A DNA stretch of 64,000 nt from Octopus vulgaris (GCA_951406725.2 OX597817.1:135904001-135968000), one strand, 5' to 3'; counted from the first letter of the stretch, positions 37,259-52,406 are shown. Program-made: numbers and translations. The notes: a model not told the origin generated them from the letters alone.

Positions 37259-38014
37259 TTATATATAATAAGGAGTAAATATTCAGAAGTGAATTTTGTG
37301 TTATTATTATCTGAGGTGATGTAAATAGTTGATAATAACAACAATAATATAGGTCGTTGCAGGCTTAAAATAGCATTAGATAACTAAAGAATTAAAATTT
37401 ATATCGATTATAAGGGGGCACAAGGCGCCTACCTGCTAGAAAGAAGAGTTAAAAACGTCAGTCGGGCGAACAGATTAAAGAATTCTTAGCAGATCTATAT
37501 GTAGGTATGTTAAAGATTTAAAAACCCGTTTTCAGGCAGTTTCTCATTGTCGCAAGAAGGTATACGTAAACACATGGAAGATTCGATCAGCGTGTATAGA
37601 GAACAGCGTAAGAGTGGAGAATATAAATACGGAGAGAAATTAGGAATATAAAAAAGAAAATAGAAAAGAATAAAAGGAAGAAAAACAAGGAAGTGGGAGG
37701 GTTAGGGAATGGAAAAAAAGGTTTTGCTTTTCATGTTCTCGTTTCTCATTTTGTTGACGTTTTTTCTGATGTCCTGAACCCATATATGCATGTATATATA
37801 CATATATATGTAGGTAAGTACATATATATATGCATATATTTATATATTACTTATATTATATGATCGAACACCACGCATCCATTTTCAAGTATATATATAT
37901 ATATACATACACACACATATAAATACATACTTGAATACATAAGTATATAATATATATACTCATATATTGTATATATATTTATGTTTGTGTGTGTGTGCAT
38001 GGATATATGTATAT

Positions 38015-38101
<87 letters not shown>

Positions 38102-38831
38102 CACTGGAAGGCATAACACGTAAGCAAGGTTTTAGGCTCAGTAGAAAGTTACAGCTCCTATACCCGGCACAAATAGACGAACGACATCGAACATCCGTCA
38201 TAGATTAACGTGAGGAATTCGAGCCACTTTATAGCAATAATAAGCACAGAAAATGTAACTGTATTTTAAGCTGTATATAATATACGTTTCATTGAATTGT
38301 GTGTCGTTATTACGCAAGGCAATTGGCCAAATTGCGTAATACAATCGACTCATCTCCGCAGCATTCTCAGCGAATAATACAAAGGTTAGAGGGTATTTAC
38401 CCTAAAATATTTCACTTATGCAAATTAGCTTTATACTTTTGATTTGGCAGAACAAAAGACGACAAGGTGTGAAGTGGTAGGATGGTGTTAAGAAAATATA
38501 GATAAACGATCGATGTGAGGAAGACGGAGGTGATGCTTCCCCCCCCCCTTATGTATGCAACCAGACACACAGACACCACATTTACACGCCCATTCACTCA
38601 TGTGACCAAGTGCGCCAATATATATCTAGTGGAGAGGAGAGAAGGAAACGATATAAGCCGAAAGCCTGGTAGGATCAACAAAAACGGCAACCACAACAAT
38701 AGTACAAATGATAAGATGGTAGCCTCTAGTAATTCCAGAAAGATGTTTCTGGAATTTTTCCTTGAATAACCTGAACAATGATTTGTTTATAGTGATCAAA
38801 CGTTTGCGTTATACATAAGCTCACTTTAAAT

Positions 38832-39060
38832 CGGCGAGCTAGCAGAAACGTTAGCACGCCGGGCGAAATGCGTAGCCGTATTTCGTCTGCCGTTACGTTC
38901 TGAGTTCAAATTCCGCCAAGGTCGACATTGCCTTTCGTCCTTTTGGGGTCGATAAATTAAGTACCAGTTACGCACTGGGTCGATCTAATCGACTTAATCC
39001 GTTTGTCTGTCCTTGTTTGTCCCCTCCATGTTTAGCCCCTTGTGGGTAATAAGACAAACA
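38832..39060 (+). mobile_element. Nin-like SINE (tail A)
   Basis: Matches 8982-9212; degenerate 18 bp TSD gttatacataagctcact / gttatagataagctcgct. Confidence 0.88.
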
Positions 39061-39254
39061 GTTATAGATAAGCTCGCTCCCTCCATCAGCTGTATGGTGT
39101 ACTGTAGGTCAGGTATCGAGTGATCTCAGAACAACGTGCGATAAAATATTTTGCTCAATGATATAACGCATTACCCGGTCAAGGAATTGAAACCACAATC
39201 TCGCGATTGTGAGTGGAATACTCTAACCACGAGTCTATGCGCCTTCGACATTCG

Positions 39255-39666
39255 TTGTGACACTCAGTCGGTTACGACGACAAAGTTTCCAGTCGATCCG
39301 ATCAACGGAACAGCTTGCTCGTGAAATTAAACGTGCAAGTGGCTGAGCACTCCACAGACACGTGTACTCCTAACGTAGTTCTGAGGGCCCTTTGAAATAC
39401 AGGTACATCTCATTTTTGCCAGCTGAGTGAACTGAAACAACGTGAAATAAAGTGTCTTGCTTAAGGACATAACGCGTCGCCGGGAATTGAACTCACGACC
39501 TTACAGTCGTGAGTGGGTGTGTGGTAAGTAGCTTGCTTACCAACCATATGGTTCCGGATTCAGTCCCACTGCGTGACACATTGGGCAAGTGTCTTCTACT
39601 ATAGCCTCGGTTCGACCAAAGATTTGTGAGTGGATTTCGTAGACAGAAACTGAAAGAAGCCCGTCG

Positions 39667-39730
<64 letters not shown>

Positions 39731-40140
39731 AGCCGAAATTGCGAGGATGATCCCGTTCTTGACTGAAGATAAAAGGCTTCGAATGACCCGTCCTTGTTTT
39801 TTGGTATCGTCTATCTGGATGTTTTGTTGTCCCTTTTTGTATCACCTAGTTGCCTGGTTGTTTTGCGTTCTTCTCCCATTTTGTATTTTATTTTGTATGT
39901 ATGTATGTATATGTTTGTGTGTCTGTGTTTGTCCCCCCATCATTGTTTGACAACCATGCTGGTGTGTTTACGTCCCCGTCACATAGTCGTTCGGCAAGCG
40001 AGACCGATAGAATAAGTACTAGGTTTACAAAGAAAAGTCCTGGGATCGATTTGTTCGACTAAAGGCAGTGCTCCAGCATGGCCGCAGTCAAATGACTGAA
40101 ACAAAAGAAAAAAAAGAGAATAACCACTAAGCCACGCGCC
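39255..40140. mobile_element. Nested SINE stack: a minus-strand tRNA SINE interrupted by a plus-strand CORE-like SINE (39516-40118), itself interrupted at 39727-39895
   Basis: The outer SINE head resumes at about 40121 (taaccactaagccacgcgcc); the two halves of the CORE-like SINE flank the inner insert. Confidence 0.75.
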
Positions 40141-41539
40141 TTCACAGTGCCTACAATACACTCAGTGTCTCTATATAAGGAAGTGAGCCGAAACATTGGG
40201 TCGATCGCTACGACAGGTTAATTGTATCAGTTTCTGATTTCTTTGCGTTTAGGCAAACGTTTGCCCGGGGTATTAAGTTCATAATCATTTTTATAATCCA
40301 AAGACAAAACCAGCATGTTGGTCATTGCGCACCCTCAACATATTTTGCAGAAAAAAAACAGCGATGACAAAGTTGGAAATTGATGAGAGAATAATTTAGT
40401 GAATAGAATAATTAGTCGGAAAATAGGGGCTTACATGAGCGACAATTATTTTATTGAACTATCGAGATTTAAGCCCTAAATGTTGAGGTTGAGAACTAAA
40501 TGCTGTTTGGACATTTTAAGGCTAATATTCTGTTGTAACATCGACAGAAACTCGTCGAGAAATAGTTTGCTTTTCTTTCTTCAGATACAAAACTTTGAAA
40601 CGGGGAAAGGATTGTGACCTAAATTAAAATAATTTCCACTGCGACATAATTACTGTTTGCTATGAGTTTATTAGTTGTTCTACGCGGCCAGACAGAGATT
40701 GGCCAACAATGAATATGTAACTAGTAAAAACACCGAATAACTACAATGAACAAGCTGAATATTTAATATCTATTGGTAAATACGAATCTAGTAAAGTACA
40801 AATACTTTTAAACAATATGTGGAAATGAAATTGTTTTCCCAAACATTTGTACACAAAATACATCAGTTTTCTGTAATAAAACAATAAAATTTAAAATCTC
40901 TTCCGAAATAATAAAAGTCAAGTCTATAAACGTGTGAGTTTAACTTTAATTATCCCTTCAAGTGTTCGCCTTCAGGAATGTCATAGTTTTATTGTACTTG
41001 CGTGTATCTCGCCGACCAACTACTCACCTAAAGCGCGCGAGTATTGCATTCACTTTACGAAATTAGGTAGAAAAATATTTTTGGACAACAAATATTTTAT
41101 AGGAAATATCCTGAAAAATGAAAGATGTACAATGTCATCAACTCTCTCCCTATTTTCGCGCTCTCCCTATATCTCACTTTCTTTCTCTTTCTCTCCCACT
41201 TTCTCTCTACTCCTCTCTCCAGGCTTTCTGTTGATACAAAGGCTACTACCAAGCATATGTTATTCAAACATGAATCATCCAGACAAGAATGCGAAAGAAC
41301 TAAGAAACACAAAGGCAAATACTGACCGAGGACAATAAATATTCTGTTGAGGACAAACATCAGCAGAAAATGTGACAAAAGAAGAGAAAAATACTTTATT
41401 AAATTCATATATTCGAATACAATCATGCGCATACGTGCATACGTGAATATGTGTGTACACACGTATGCGTATGTATAGGTATATTCGCACACACACACAC
41501 ACATACGAGTGTGTGTGTATGCATAAATATAAGCATATA

Positions 41540-41603
<64 letters not shown>

Positions 41604-41616
41604 CATACATATATAC

Positions 41617-41760
41617 TTTTCTACTCTAGGCACAAGGCCCGAAATTTTTGTGGAGGGGCCAGTCGATTAAATCGATCCCCGTGCGCAACTGGTACTTAAT
41701 TTATCGACCCCGAAAGGATAAACGGCGGAATCTGAACTCAGAACACAAAGACAGACAAAA
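41617..41760 (-). mobile_element. Nin-like SINE fragment with tail B
   Basis: Matches 871-1031 (tttctactctaggcacaaggcccgaaattt..). Confidence 0.8.
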
Positions 41761-41861
41761 TTACATATATACTTTGATACTTTGATAGGTTTCGGCCATT
41801 ATTGGCCCAGGCCATGTCTAACTTAATAGCACCACCTGGTATATATATATACATATATATG

Positions 41862-41983
<122 letters not shown>

Positions 41984-42044
41984 CATACATAAATATACAC
42001 ACGCACGCATGCACACACACACACACATACATTCTCATGCACTG

Positions 42045-43050
42045 TCTAGTAACGCACCTGGTTACATCACCAATGATGTTACCTGGGACTACAGGATGTT
42101 TTAATTCGTTCAGTAATCCAAAAGCTTCTCACAGACGATCCAGTCAGGCTTAATCAGGCCCCAACTTTTGCTCATACCCTATCCTGCCGTGACTCACACC
42201 ACTTAACCACACCCACCTTCAAACTACCATTGCTGCCTTGACAGCATTCTGCCTACTGATTCTGTGATACCCAGAATGTTTAAGGCTTTGAAGAGGGACT
42301 GACTTGCAGGCCCATCAGGGTCCCTCCTCATTGGGACCACATCAATTCGCCTCTCGTTGTTTCATCATAATTTTACCAGCTCAGCATATTCTACGCTCCT
42401 GCTTTCGTTGGTTTTCTCAATTTCCAGGAAATGGGAAGTTTTAATAAAATCGCCTGCTTGGATATTTCCGAAATCAGGACCAGATTTGACCTTAATAGTA
42501 TTAAAGTGACGCTTTCTTGAAATTTCGCCGATTCTCAGTTCCCTTCTCAGTACCCAGTCTAATTTCATTCTTAGCTGGTCAAAGGAGGTAGTCTTGGCAT
42601 TCATGCCAGCTTTTGGAAAAGAATGATCTTCATTGGCTGTAGGTCCTTACATTGGATGTAATTCCTCTGTAAATGGTGTTCACTATAATCTTCAAGATCT
42701 TGTCATTTCCTGTTGGTTTAGTTTTCCTCAACCAACGCTTGCACCACATTCTAAGTCAGCAACCCCTGACTTTCATTGCGTCTAGTCATTGCGTGAACTT
42801 TTGTTACTACTCAAGCAAACCCTCTCACGGGGAACTACGCCACCAAAGACTCTGTGTCTTAACCACGGCACCAGCAACCTTTACTAATTTCCACTTCCGT
42901 CCCGTCTGATCTCGTTACAAGCCTTCCTCCATAAGAGATGTTGTTGTTACGGTTAGATGAATCTTAAATGCCCCAAGGACGTCTGCTGAACATCACCTGT
43001 ACGACTCTCTGTATTGTATCACAACAGACTCTGTCATACACAGACCATGA
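42045..43050 (-). mobile_element. 3' remnant of a restriction-like-endonuclease non-LTR retrotransposon (HERO/NeSL-like)
   Basis: Degenerate ..KSGPDF..EKTNESRSVEYAEL..QSLFKALNILGIT resembles the RPD..E..K.KY.EL..SL.KA..LGI C-terminus of this group. Confidence 0.5.
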
Positions 43051-43289
43051 CATTCTGGTTGTTAGTTTAGAATTATGTAGATTAGTTTTTAATTCGTCTA
43101 TATGATTGATATGATTGGATATCGATTATGAGCGGGCGGGGAGAGGGCTATTTTCTAGTATTGTTTCCTTGTTCATAAGGGAGAATATACACTATTTTTT
43201 TAATTAAGTTCACTACAGTACTTCTTTATGATATTCTGTGTTATCTTTGAATATTTGCTCCTTTGACTATTTGTTCCTCACTCTAGTTA

Positions 43290-44530
43290 GTATATTCCAC
43301 AACAATATCTGCGGGGAAAAAAACAAAAACCATGATAATTATAAATCTAAGGTTGACAAGCAGTGGTGTACCCTTCTGAAAGTTTGGATATTGATGCCAA
43401 CAACAAAGATATAAGTAAATTAGAATACTGCAATAATTGGAATAATTCTCTACAACAAATAACTACTGATAAAACTAGGAAAAGAAAAGAAAAGAAAACT
43501 TGGTGTAACTCTCCTCAGGTAAGAAACGTAAAAAGAAATACACCTGAGATTTTCTTTGATGCGTTAATGAAAAACTTTCCACCCAACCATAAATACTATA
43601 ACATATTTAATAGATTTACGGTGAAATTCTTTGAACAACACTTATCCTAGTTGACACTATGACATCTCTGACATTATCAACTGCACCGATTACAATCCGG
43701 ATGTTAGGTGAAACAGACGCTTATCGACATTATAACAGAAACATAAACGTTAATAAAAATTACACTTCTCAATCTATGACAAATATTTTTAGGAGTAAAA
43801 ATTGGAATGATAACGTGCCTAAAATAAAAGGTATAAAAAAAGACTAGTTTGAGAGAAGGTAACACTAGCTATTCAAAAAGTAAAGGGACGGATAGTGAAC
43901 CCATATAGTAGAATACAAAAAACTTTTCCATATCGAAGGATTTCCTACTTCCAGTAGAGAAAATGACAATAAAAAGGGCTAGAGAAACAATACTACAAGT
44001 ACTAAGATTAAAAGTAAACATTGTGATATTAAAACAAAAAATGGGAAGAAAATAACTGAAAATCGGAGGGGGAAATACAAGTTTTTTTCGGCCGTCTAGG
44101 ACTATGAGTAACTCCCCTACTTACAAATGGAGAGGAGTCTGCCTAATACACAATGTATTTTGTAAATATCTACGTCACTATCCAAATTGGTAATCGGAAA
44201 TATAGCGGTTCCATATCGAACCACTTTAATGCCGCTATAATATGCACAAACATACTTTTGCTAACAAAGAACTTAAGAAATTCAACACCACTAACAAAAT
44301 ATATATCTGGATTTTAAGGAGTAGTGCTACAGATTTTGTTGTTCATTCAAGTACCCACAGTCACAGCATATACAGGTAACAAAAAATAGTGTAACCTTTA
44401 CACAATCGAAGCTCTTAAAATGCTTCTAGCTGATAATGAATTATTAAATCGAAGGCACGAAAGTATAATGCTATGAAGACATAAGGTTTCCAGAACTTTC
44501 AAATTCTATAAACCATCTACTTGTGATAAA
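43290..44530 (+). mobile_element. Penelope-like element remnant (RT thumb/linker and GIY-YIG region)
   Basis: KKTWCNSP..NVKRN..FFDALMKNFPPNHKYYNIFNRFTVK, RYNMHKHTF and C-terminal LLNRRHESIML*RHK. Confidence 0.75.
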
Positions 44531-45104
44531 TAAGAGTAAAACGCAATTAACAAAACCCTGCAATAACATCCCGTTCCCAAAATAGAAACTTATAGCCAAT
44601 TATTTACACCCTAAACATCCGTCTAAACAACGACTCAAGCTGTTCAACTGAAATTAATGTTATTCTTGTTATGATTATTCGTGTAATTGTTGTTAGAGTT
44701 ACGTTACTTCTGGTTGTTTTTTTTTCTTTCCCTATGAATATATATGGTACATAAACAGCTCATGGATACACATTTGTATGAGCGTCGGTATAAAGACACA
44801 TATATGTCACTGGAGGCGTGTTTGTGTTTACATTTATCGGTAAATATCTATATATAATGCGGGATTGCATAGCGATGTATATATGTGTATGCATAGATAT
44901 ATTTATAGGTCTATGTATACAGGCATATATGTGTGTGTATATAGAAATACATACATATACATGCATATGTATGTATGTATGTATGTATGTATATATATAT
45001 ATATATATATGTGTATGTATATATACATATATATGTATATATGTGTATGTATATATGTATATATGTATATGAATATATATATATATGAATATATATATAT
45101 GTAT

Positions 45105-45138
<34 letters not shown>

Positions 45139-45189
45139 ACATGTATATACATATATATATACATATACATATGTATATATATATACATA

Positions 45190-45222
<33 letters not shown>

Positions 45223-46155
45223 GAATTAAAGTATATATTTACGAGTATTTGGGAAATGTGTATGTATTTATATTTTATATATAGCTGTATAAGTATGTGT
45301 GTGTGTGCTTATGTGAATGTATATGTGCATGTGTGCGCGCGCAGGGGCGGTCTGTGTGTGTGTAGGTAGAGGTACATATGTGTGCATACACTCTCATATA
45401 TATACGTGTATGGCTATGTGAATATATTTGTATATATTAATTAATGTATAGATGAATATATAACACATAAATTCAGACACACACACACACACACAAGCAC
45501 ACACACATGCACACACACACATACACACACACCCAAACCATTTTAACTGCAAAACTTAAAAAGGTATATACTAAAACTATACAAAAGACTCAAAGCAACA
45601 TGTGGTTCCTTGTTCCCACATGTTTACATAAATTATAAATGCCAAACTCATCTTAAGAATTCGTATACCAATATAATTCCATTTGAAGAATGATACAAAA
45701 ACATTCATTCTGTGAAAAAAAACATCGTTAGGTTTTTATTTTTCATACAAATAAAACATGGCATAAAATTATTCTCCTCTTGTTTTAATTACACAAATAT
45801 ATAGAAAAGAAAATTTGGACGCATTTTCAACTTTTTTCTTAATATTTCCCTATCTATAAGCGTGTGTGTGTGTAAGCATATATGCATGTGTGTGCATGCG
45901 TTTGTATATGTGTGTGTGTGTGTACATTAAATAAGGTGATGCGTATGTAAACAAATAGGAAAAAAAATGAAAATAGAAAAATAACAAGAATAAAATATAA
46001 AACTATAAAATAAAGAAATATTAAAAGATTTTAAAGATATTTAAACTCTCTTTCTTTCTCTCTCTCCCTCACATGCACATCTCTCTCTCTCTCTCTATCT
46101 ATCTATGTATCTATGTATGTATATATGTATGTATGTATGTATGTATGCATGTATG

Positions 46156-46234
<79 letters not shown>

Positions 46235-46249
46235 ATATATATATATAAC

Positions 46250-47800
46250 CGGATAAACAAAATAAATAAACAATAAAGTATGACGAAATAATAAGGGATA
46301 CAAAGAAGGGTCCCAAAAAGTAGAAAATAAAAAAGGGCCAAAGTAACCCAAAGGTTAAGGAAAGGTCAGACGGAGTAAAGGGAATGGACGACTATAGTAG
46401 GGAAATCAATAACAATATCTTAAGAATGTATTACATAACCGATGGCGACAATTCATTAACAGTTCGCTATGTTTATTAAGGCAATCCTTACATTGGATAA
46501 TAGTAACTATGTTAGCAATGCTGAGTGCATACTTGTTACTATATCCGTTACACGGTCTAGCGTGTTTAACAATGGACCGTTTGATATTGATACTGAATTC
46601 CATTTTAAATCGTGAATTAGCCTAGATAAATACATACAATTAGTTCTAGCCCTCCGACCGAAAGCGAGATAAGTGGTTATGTAATCTTGCTTTGAAATTG
46701 GTATTGCACGTACCGATATAGACAAACATAGATTGATTTGTGGAAACCGTGCACTTGTACTGAATATTCTTGGAGAGACATTTATTATCTAATGGACAGG
46801 AGGATGGGTGTTTGAAGCTACAGTTTCGTCGCGAACGCTATAGGGATATTAAACAGGCTATCTCTCTTGGACGCTATATGGGTATTAAAGGGGTTACCTG
46901 TCCTAATATCATGAGGTGCAGCAAAAGTAGGAGTGAGCGAGCTATCCGGGTGATTAGAGTGATAGTTGTCATTGACAGTGGCGTTTGTTTCCATCATCCA
47001 CTATATTGGTTATCGGCGTCAACGCACTCGAAGGTCGGTTATATGGAGTGAGCAGTGTACCTGATCCAGCGTTGTTGGGGTTCATGCCTATTCTAGCATT
47101 AGGACTAGAGAAATTCGTCGGGTTACTGTGCGTGGGTCGGGGTTGGTTAGTATCCTACTAATATTTCTACTGCTTCGCACATCTGAATTTAGTAATTTCG
47201 TATTATTTAGACGATGTAGAACGTCGGCTATGTTGCATGTAGTCGAATAGGACAATTTGATAGATTGAGGGTTAAATATTTTTTATAAATATACTAGACC
47301 CAGGGAAGAGATTTTCTAACAAAGCAAAAAATTGCTTGGATAGTCTACTCTGGAGATTAAAGGCAAAGATGGGGGTGAAACCAGATTACATCGCCAACTC
47401 TAGTCCACATACCGCGTTTTAAGGGGCAAGCACCGTATGGGTTATAATAAGAAGGCAAAAATTTGAGAGAAATATCGGTGGGCGCTGGCAGATTTCAGAT
47501 ACGGCATCCTATTCTTAGTTGAGTGTCAGTTAGGCTTAACACAATAATCAGGCGTAAGGGCATAGAAGAAGTTTTTAGTACGGGATTGGGGTGGAATGGG
47601 GGATATATTCAGCATCCGGTGTGGAGGTAGAGTTATTCAGTTTCAAGTACGGAAGGACGAGTGACACTCCAGATAGGAAGATATTTAATTTTGCAACTAT
47701 AGCCATCTCTGCATAATAATCAGCGTATTGGTCAGAGATTTCCTTAAATGGCATTTATGTCATCGATTTCGATAGAACAATATAGAAAATCAATCACGTG
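46250..47800 (-). mobile_element. Penelope-like element remnant
   Basis: Minus strand has DVIWFHP, LSRLIHDLK and IVKHARP..CLNKHSELLMNCRH, typical of the Penelope C-terminus. Confidence 0.75.
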
Positions 47801-47871
47801 GGCTTTAATCTCAGAACGTAACAACTGGTAGCAATTTAGCCCATTGCACTGTGGTTATTCTTTAAGGTCTA

Positions 47872-47918
<47 letters not shown>

Positions 47919-48005
47919 TACATCTAATATAGGATAAAATTTTTCGAAAAAAATTCTATCAATGGCCAGCATATTAAAAAATACCTTTAAAGGTAAAATT
48001 TATAA

Positions 48006-48172
48006 ACAACTTATAAACATAAACAAGGGCAAAGAAAAAATTCTAATGCCAAATATGCCGAAAATAGACAAATCGTCAATAACCATATAGATTATATGGT
48101 TATTGACGATTTGTCTATTTTCGCCATATTTGGCATTAGAATTAATTTCTTTTGCCCTTGTTTATAAGTTGT
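48006..48172. repeat. Near-perfect hairpin, about 80 bp arms and 3 nt loop
   Basis: Centre ..cgtcaataaccatata-gat-tatatggttattgacg..; the region is flanked by (TA)n. Confidence 0.9.
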
Positions 48173-48173
48173 A

Positions 48174-48224
<51 letters not shown>

Positions 48225-48535
48225 CAAAGTGAAGTTGTAAGGTACCGCACGAGTGGAATTATATATGAAAGAAGGTTTGAAAATGCAATTTTAAAAGATG
48301 TTTATTTACTTGACCGGTTTCACTTTTTTTAGAAAAAGATTGTCAAAAGTAACATGTAAAAGCTTTGTTGTGTTAGGTACTGGTTGTCACAAAATATTAC
48401 AATACATATATACATTCTTTGATAATAATAAGGACATGTTAAAAACAGTTTACCAGGAAAAAATCTTGGGAAAATATAAAAAAGTACATTAAAATATTGG
48501 GCATAAAAAGTTGCAATACTTAGATACATTCTTTG

Positions 48536-48602
<67 letters not shown>

Positions 48603-48753
48603 GATGTTAAAAACAGTTTACAGAAAAAGTTTTTTGAGAAATTATTAACAAGTTCATAAAACCTATTAGGATTTAATTAAAAATCATGTTTGTTTGGAAG
48701 TATCTATATATATACACAGAAGATTATAAGTTCAAAAAGGTCATATTTTGGTA

Positions 48754-48792
<39 letters not shown>

Positions 48793-48954
48793 AGGAGATA
48801 TACTTAGTTTACAAAGAATTTGGGATGAACTGACCTGTTTCACAATTTTACTGTAAAAGACTATTTTCTACTTTCAAGGGACAGTTTGGGAGGTGTGTTT
48901 GGGTGGGGGTGGGGGAGGAGCAATGTGGGATTGAAAAGAAGTTTTGCTTCTCTT

Positions 48955-49555
48955 TCACGGAATATGACCTTTTTGAACTTATAATTCAGTAGTTTGCATA
49001 GGAGGCTGAGGGAACAACTTCAGGATTGCCTTAATGGAGGAATAATACCAGATTGGATGACTAGAGGGAGGACAATACTCATCATGAAAGATAAGAACAA
49101 GAGTAATACGGCTAGCAATTATAGACCAATGACTTGCTTACCAATAATGTCGAAGGTGTTAACAGGAATGCTTCCAGAAAGCATTAACGAGCACCTTGAC
49201 AACCAGAATTTACAACAAGAAGAACAGAAAGGTTACAGGAAGAAGGCTAGAGGAAAGCATAATCTATTATACATAGACAAAGCAGTTCTAAATGAAGTAA
49301 AAGCTAGTAGGAAAAATCTAACAATAGCACGGGTAGATTATAGGAATCCCTATGACATGATCCCACACTCATGGATAAGTGAATGTCTGACTATATTCAT
49401 TACAGCAAACAACATAAGAGAATTAATTAGCTTTAGCATGAAGGAATGGAAAGTAGATCTATACTCAGGTGACACACACTCTTAGAGAGAGTTAATATCA
49501 AAAGAGGAATTTTCCAGGGGGACTCGTTGTCCCCTTTACTATTTGTTCTATGTAG
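48955..49555 (+). pseudogene. R4/Dong-type LINE RT fragment
   Basis: IPDWMTRGRTILIMKD..SNYRPMTCLP, VDYRNPYDMIPHSWI and KRGIFQGDSLSPLLFVLC. Confidence 0.85.
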
Positions 49556-49726
49556 GGCGGTATTTCATCTGTCGTTACGTTCTGAGTTCAAATTCCGCTG
49601 AGGTCGACTTTGCCTTTCATCGTTTCGGGTTCAATTAAATAAGTACCAGTTACACACTGGGGTCAGCGTAATCGACTTAATCATTTTGTCTGTCCTCTAT
49701 GTTTAGCCCCCAGTTGGCAATAAAGA

Positions 49727-49730
<4 letters not shown>
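49556..49730 (+). mobile_element. Nin-like SINE, 5'-truncated, running into an (AAT)n tract
   Basis: Matches about 9025-9212. Confidence 0.85.
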
Positions 49731-49791
<61 letters not shown>

Positions 49792-49800
49792 TGATGATGA

Positions 49801-49831
<31 letters not shown>

Positions 49832-49907
49832 TATAATTATTATTATTATTATTGTTGTTGTTGTTGTTCTTCTTCTTCTTCTTATTATTATTATTATAAC
49901 AACAACA

Positions 49908-50385
49908 ATGTACATGATTTGTCTTGGCATAAAAGATAGGCTACAGCAAATATTCTGCTCAGTACCACAGATTTGTTTGTCAGTTGTTTGACGTTAACCA
50001 ATTGAGCATGTACCTTGGTAACTGACGATATGTGCGTCTCTGATCATGAGCAGAAGTAGTGAGAGAGCATCATAGCCATGTGTTGTGAGGAATTCTTTGG
50101 GGGTTGGATAATTCCTCTTTGGAAACATGGGTGTTTCGCTCAATATCCTTAAACATCCCTTACTCAGGGACCTTTTGAGCGGGATGAGCTACTCGACCTG
50201 AAAAATTTCTAACTGGGTCCACCTGTAATATCATGCGCTGGTTTACCTTGATATGAGATCCCCATGTCGCGCACAAGTGGCTGTGATGCATGTGCCTGAT
50301 GTACCCTTATCAAGCGGGTAGTCATGATGGGTATATTAGGCCAGTGTCACTTTGATGGCAGAACTGCTCTCTCACTCAATAATAA
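49908..50385. repeat. Unclassified interspersed repeat
   Basis: Segment 49950-50110 is similar to 8640-8790; bounded by AAT/ATT-rich tracts. Confidence 0.55.
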
Positions 50386-50429
50386 AAATGGCAATAATCC
50401 TTTTTACTATAGTCACATCGCATGGAATT

Positions 50430-50460
<31 letters not shown>

Positions 50461-50601
50461 AAGATTAGCTAGAAATAATAAAAGTATATGTACAGGTGTA
50501 AGAATTGTTCGACATTTTCTTAGAAATTGATATGAAACACGACATAAAATTTTATGTCATTATACCTATATATACCTGTCTTTAAGGCTATATACCGTTA
50601 T

Positions 50602-50647
<46 letters not shown>

Positions 50648-50939
50648 ATCTATTATCTCTACCTCTATATCTATATTATACCTTGAGCAAAACACTTCGT
50701 TTCCCGTTGCTCAAGTTCATTCAACCGGCAGAGATGGTGCGAACATTTCGCCTCTGGCATCCCTTCCACAGGGGAAATATACTCGCATGATGCACCACAG
50801 AAACTGAGAAACCGGCCCAATCACTGTAAGACTCGGGAAGGAACATTATCCTATATATATGCACGTCCATCCATAAATACATACGTACATAGATACATTG
50901 TTGATAACATAATATATGTTTGTGTTTGTGTGCGTGCGT

Positions 50940-51905
50940 ATTTTGGATTGATTTTAAGCCTCTGCCGCCTTGTTTAGGTTTACATCACTGTTTATGTGGA
51001 AATTATGTACTTTTTAGTATTTTTGGGGTTTTCACATCAATGGCTCGGATCTCATCAAGCGTCCAATCAAGCAGCCGAAATGTTGGTATGAGTACTGGCT
51101 CTGCAAACATATTGTGGGACAGTTTTATTGAATGCAGTTCTGCTGTCCAAATTTTCTTTACTCGGCTGTAATATTCTTTAGTGACACGTTTTTTTGTTAC
51201 AGGTGCCACTGTAAGATATATTTTCATCTACCCCCTAGATATCTCTAACATTCTTCGTCAGATACAGGGGAAACAGTCAAATCATTAATGGAGACGTTAC
51301 TACTCTGGCTTTTAGTATTCCCTTTTTTCACAGCCATATAACAACATTTATCCTGACCAAACACCATTCCTACAACATTTGAAAGTGTTGTAACTAGGTC
51401 AAGGCTCTTTTTCAACTCTTTTTCATCCCATGCAAAGAAACAGCGTGTAATTTTGGTATTTCTGTTTCCGTGTGAACCAATGAGATATCCTTCAGACTTC
51501 CTTAACATGAATGACAAGGGGTTTACAGAAAGTATAAACAACATCACTAAGAGGCTGTGTCCTTGGAATATGCCTTTGCGATACTGTATTCTATCAGCGA
51601 TAATACAGTCACACTTTGTGTTTAATTTCAAGATAGTGGTCCTCGATGAAGTCAGGTCAGCTATGGGTTTGACTATTCTCAATGGAACTTTAGCAAGTTG
51701 AGGGGCTTCTAGTATTCATGAATGAGCAACTGAATGAAAGGCTTTCTTGTAGTCTATCCACATTGAAACTAGGTTCCTTCTATGCTCTCGCACCTCTGAC
51801 ACCACAGTTTTGTTGATAAGCGACTGCTCGGGACATCCCCTGATTCCCTTCTTCCCAGCTGCTTGTTCTGCTGTGATAATGTCATTGGCTTCACATTGGT
51901 TTAAA
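50940..51905 (-). pseudogene. R4/Dong-type LINE RT fragment
   Basis: EQAAGKKGIRGC, WIDYKKAFHSVAHS, KGIFQGHSLLVMLFILSVNPLS and FGQDKC. Confidence 0.85.
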
Positions 51906-51935
51906 CACGTATGTATGTATGTATGTAATAATATA

Positions 51936-51982
<47 letters not shown>

Positions 51983-52375
51983 TACATACATATGTGTACA
52001 TACTTACATATATATGTATATACATATGTATATATGGGCACAGGACATCACAGAACATAAACAGCATGAAATAGAACTTTCTTGTGAATAACGAGATAAA
52101 CAAATGGAAAACAAGACAAGTAACATAAAGAACGACTCTTCATCAGTTGTCGGCTGTTTTTCTACTCCGTATTTCGAGCATAATGCACGACAAGATACGC
52201 TTTCGACAAAATAGTTGCTTCTGCAAAGCAAATTAAATAAAATTTGGGATTTTGCGGAGGGTCAAAGTTGGTAACAAAAACAGGACAGTGAAAACAAAGA
52301 GTAAGGACTGCTAAGCCTAAACGAGGTGAAGTGGCGAACGCTGGAAGAACAAGCTCTGACAGGAGACAGACAAGA

Positions 52376-52406
<31 letters not shown>

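Noticed and set aside
52120-52160. CTGATGA on the minus strand as a hammerhead core
   Set aside because: No stem II and GAAA follow at a suitable distance.
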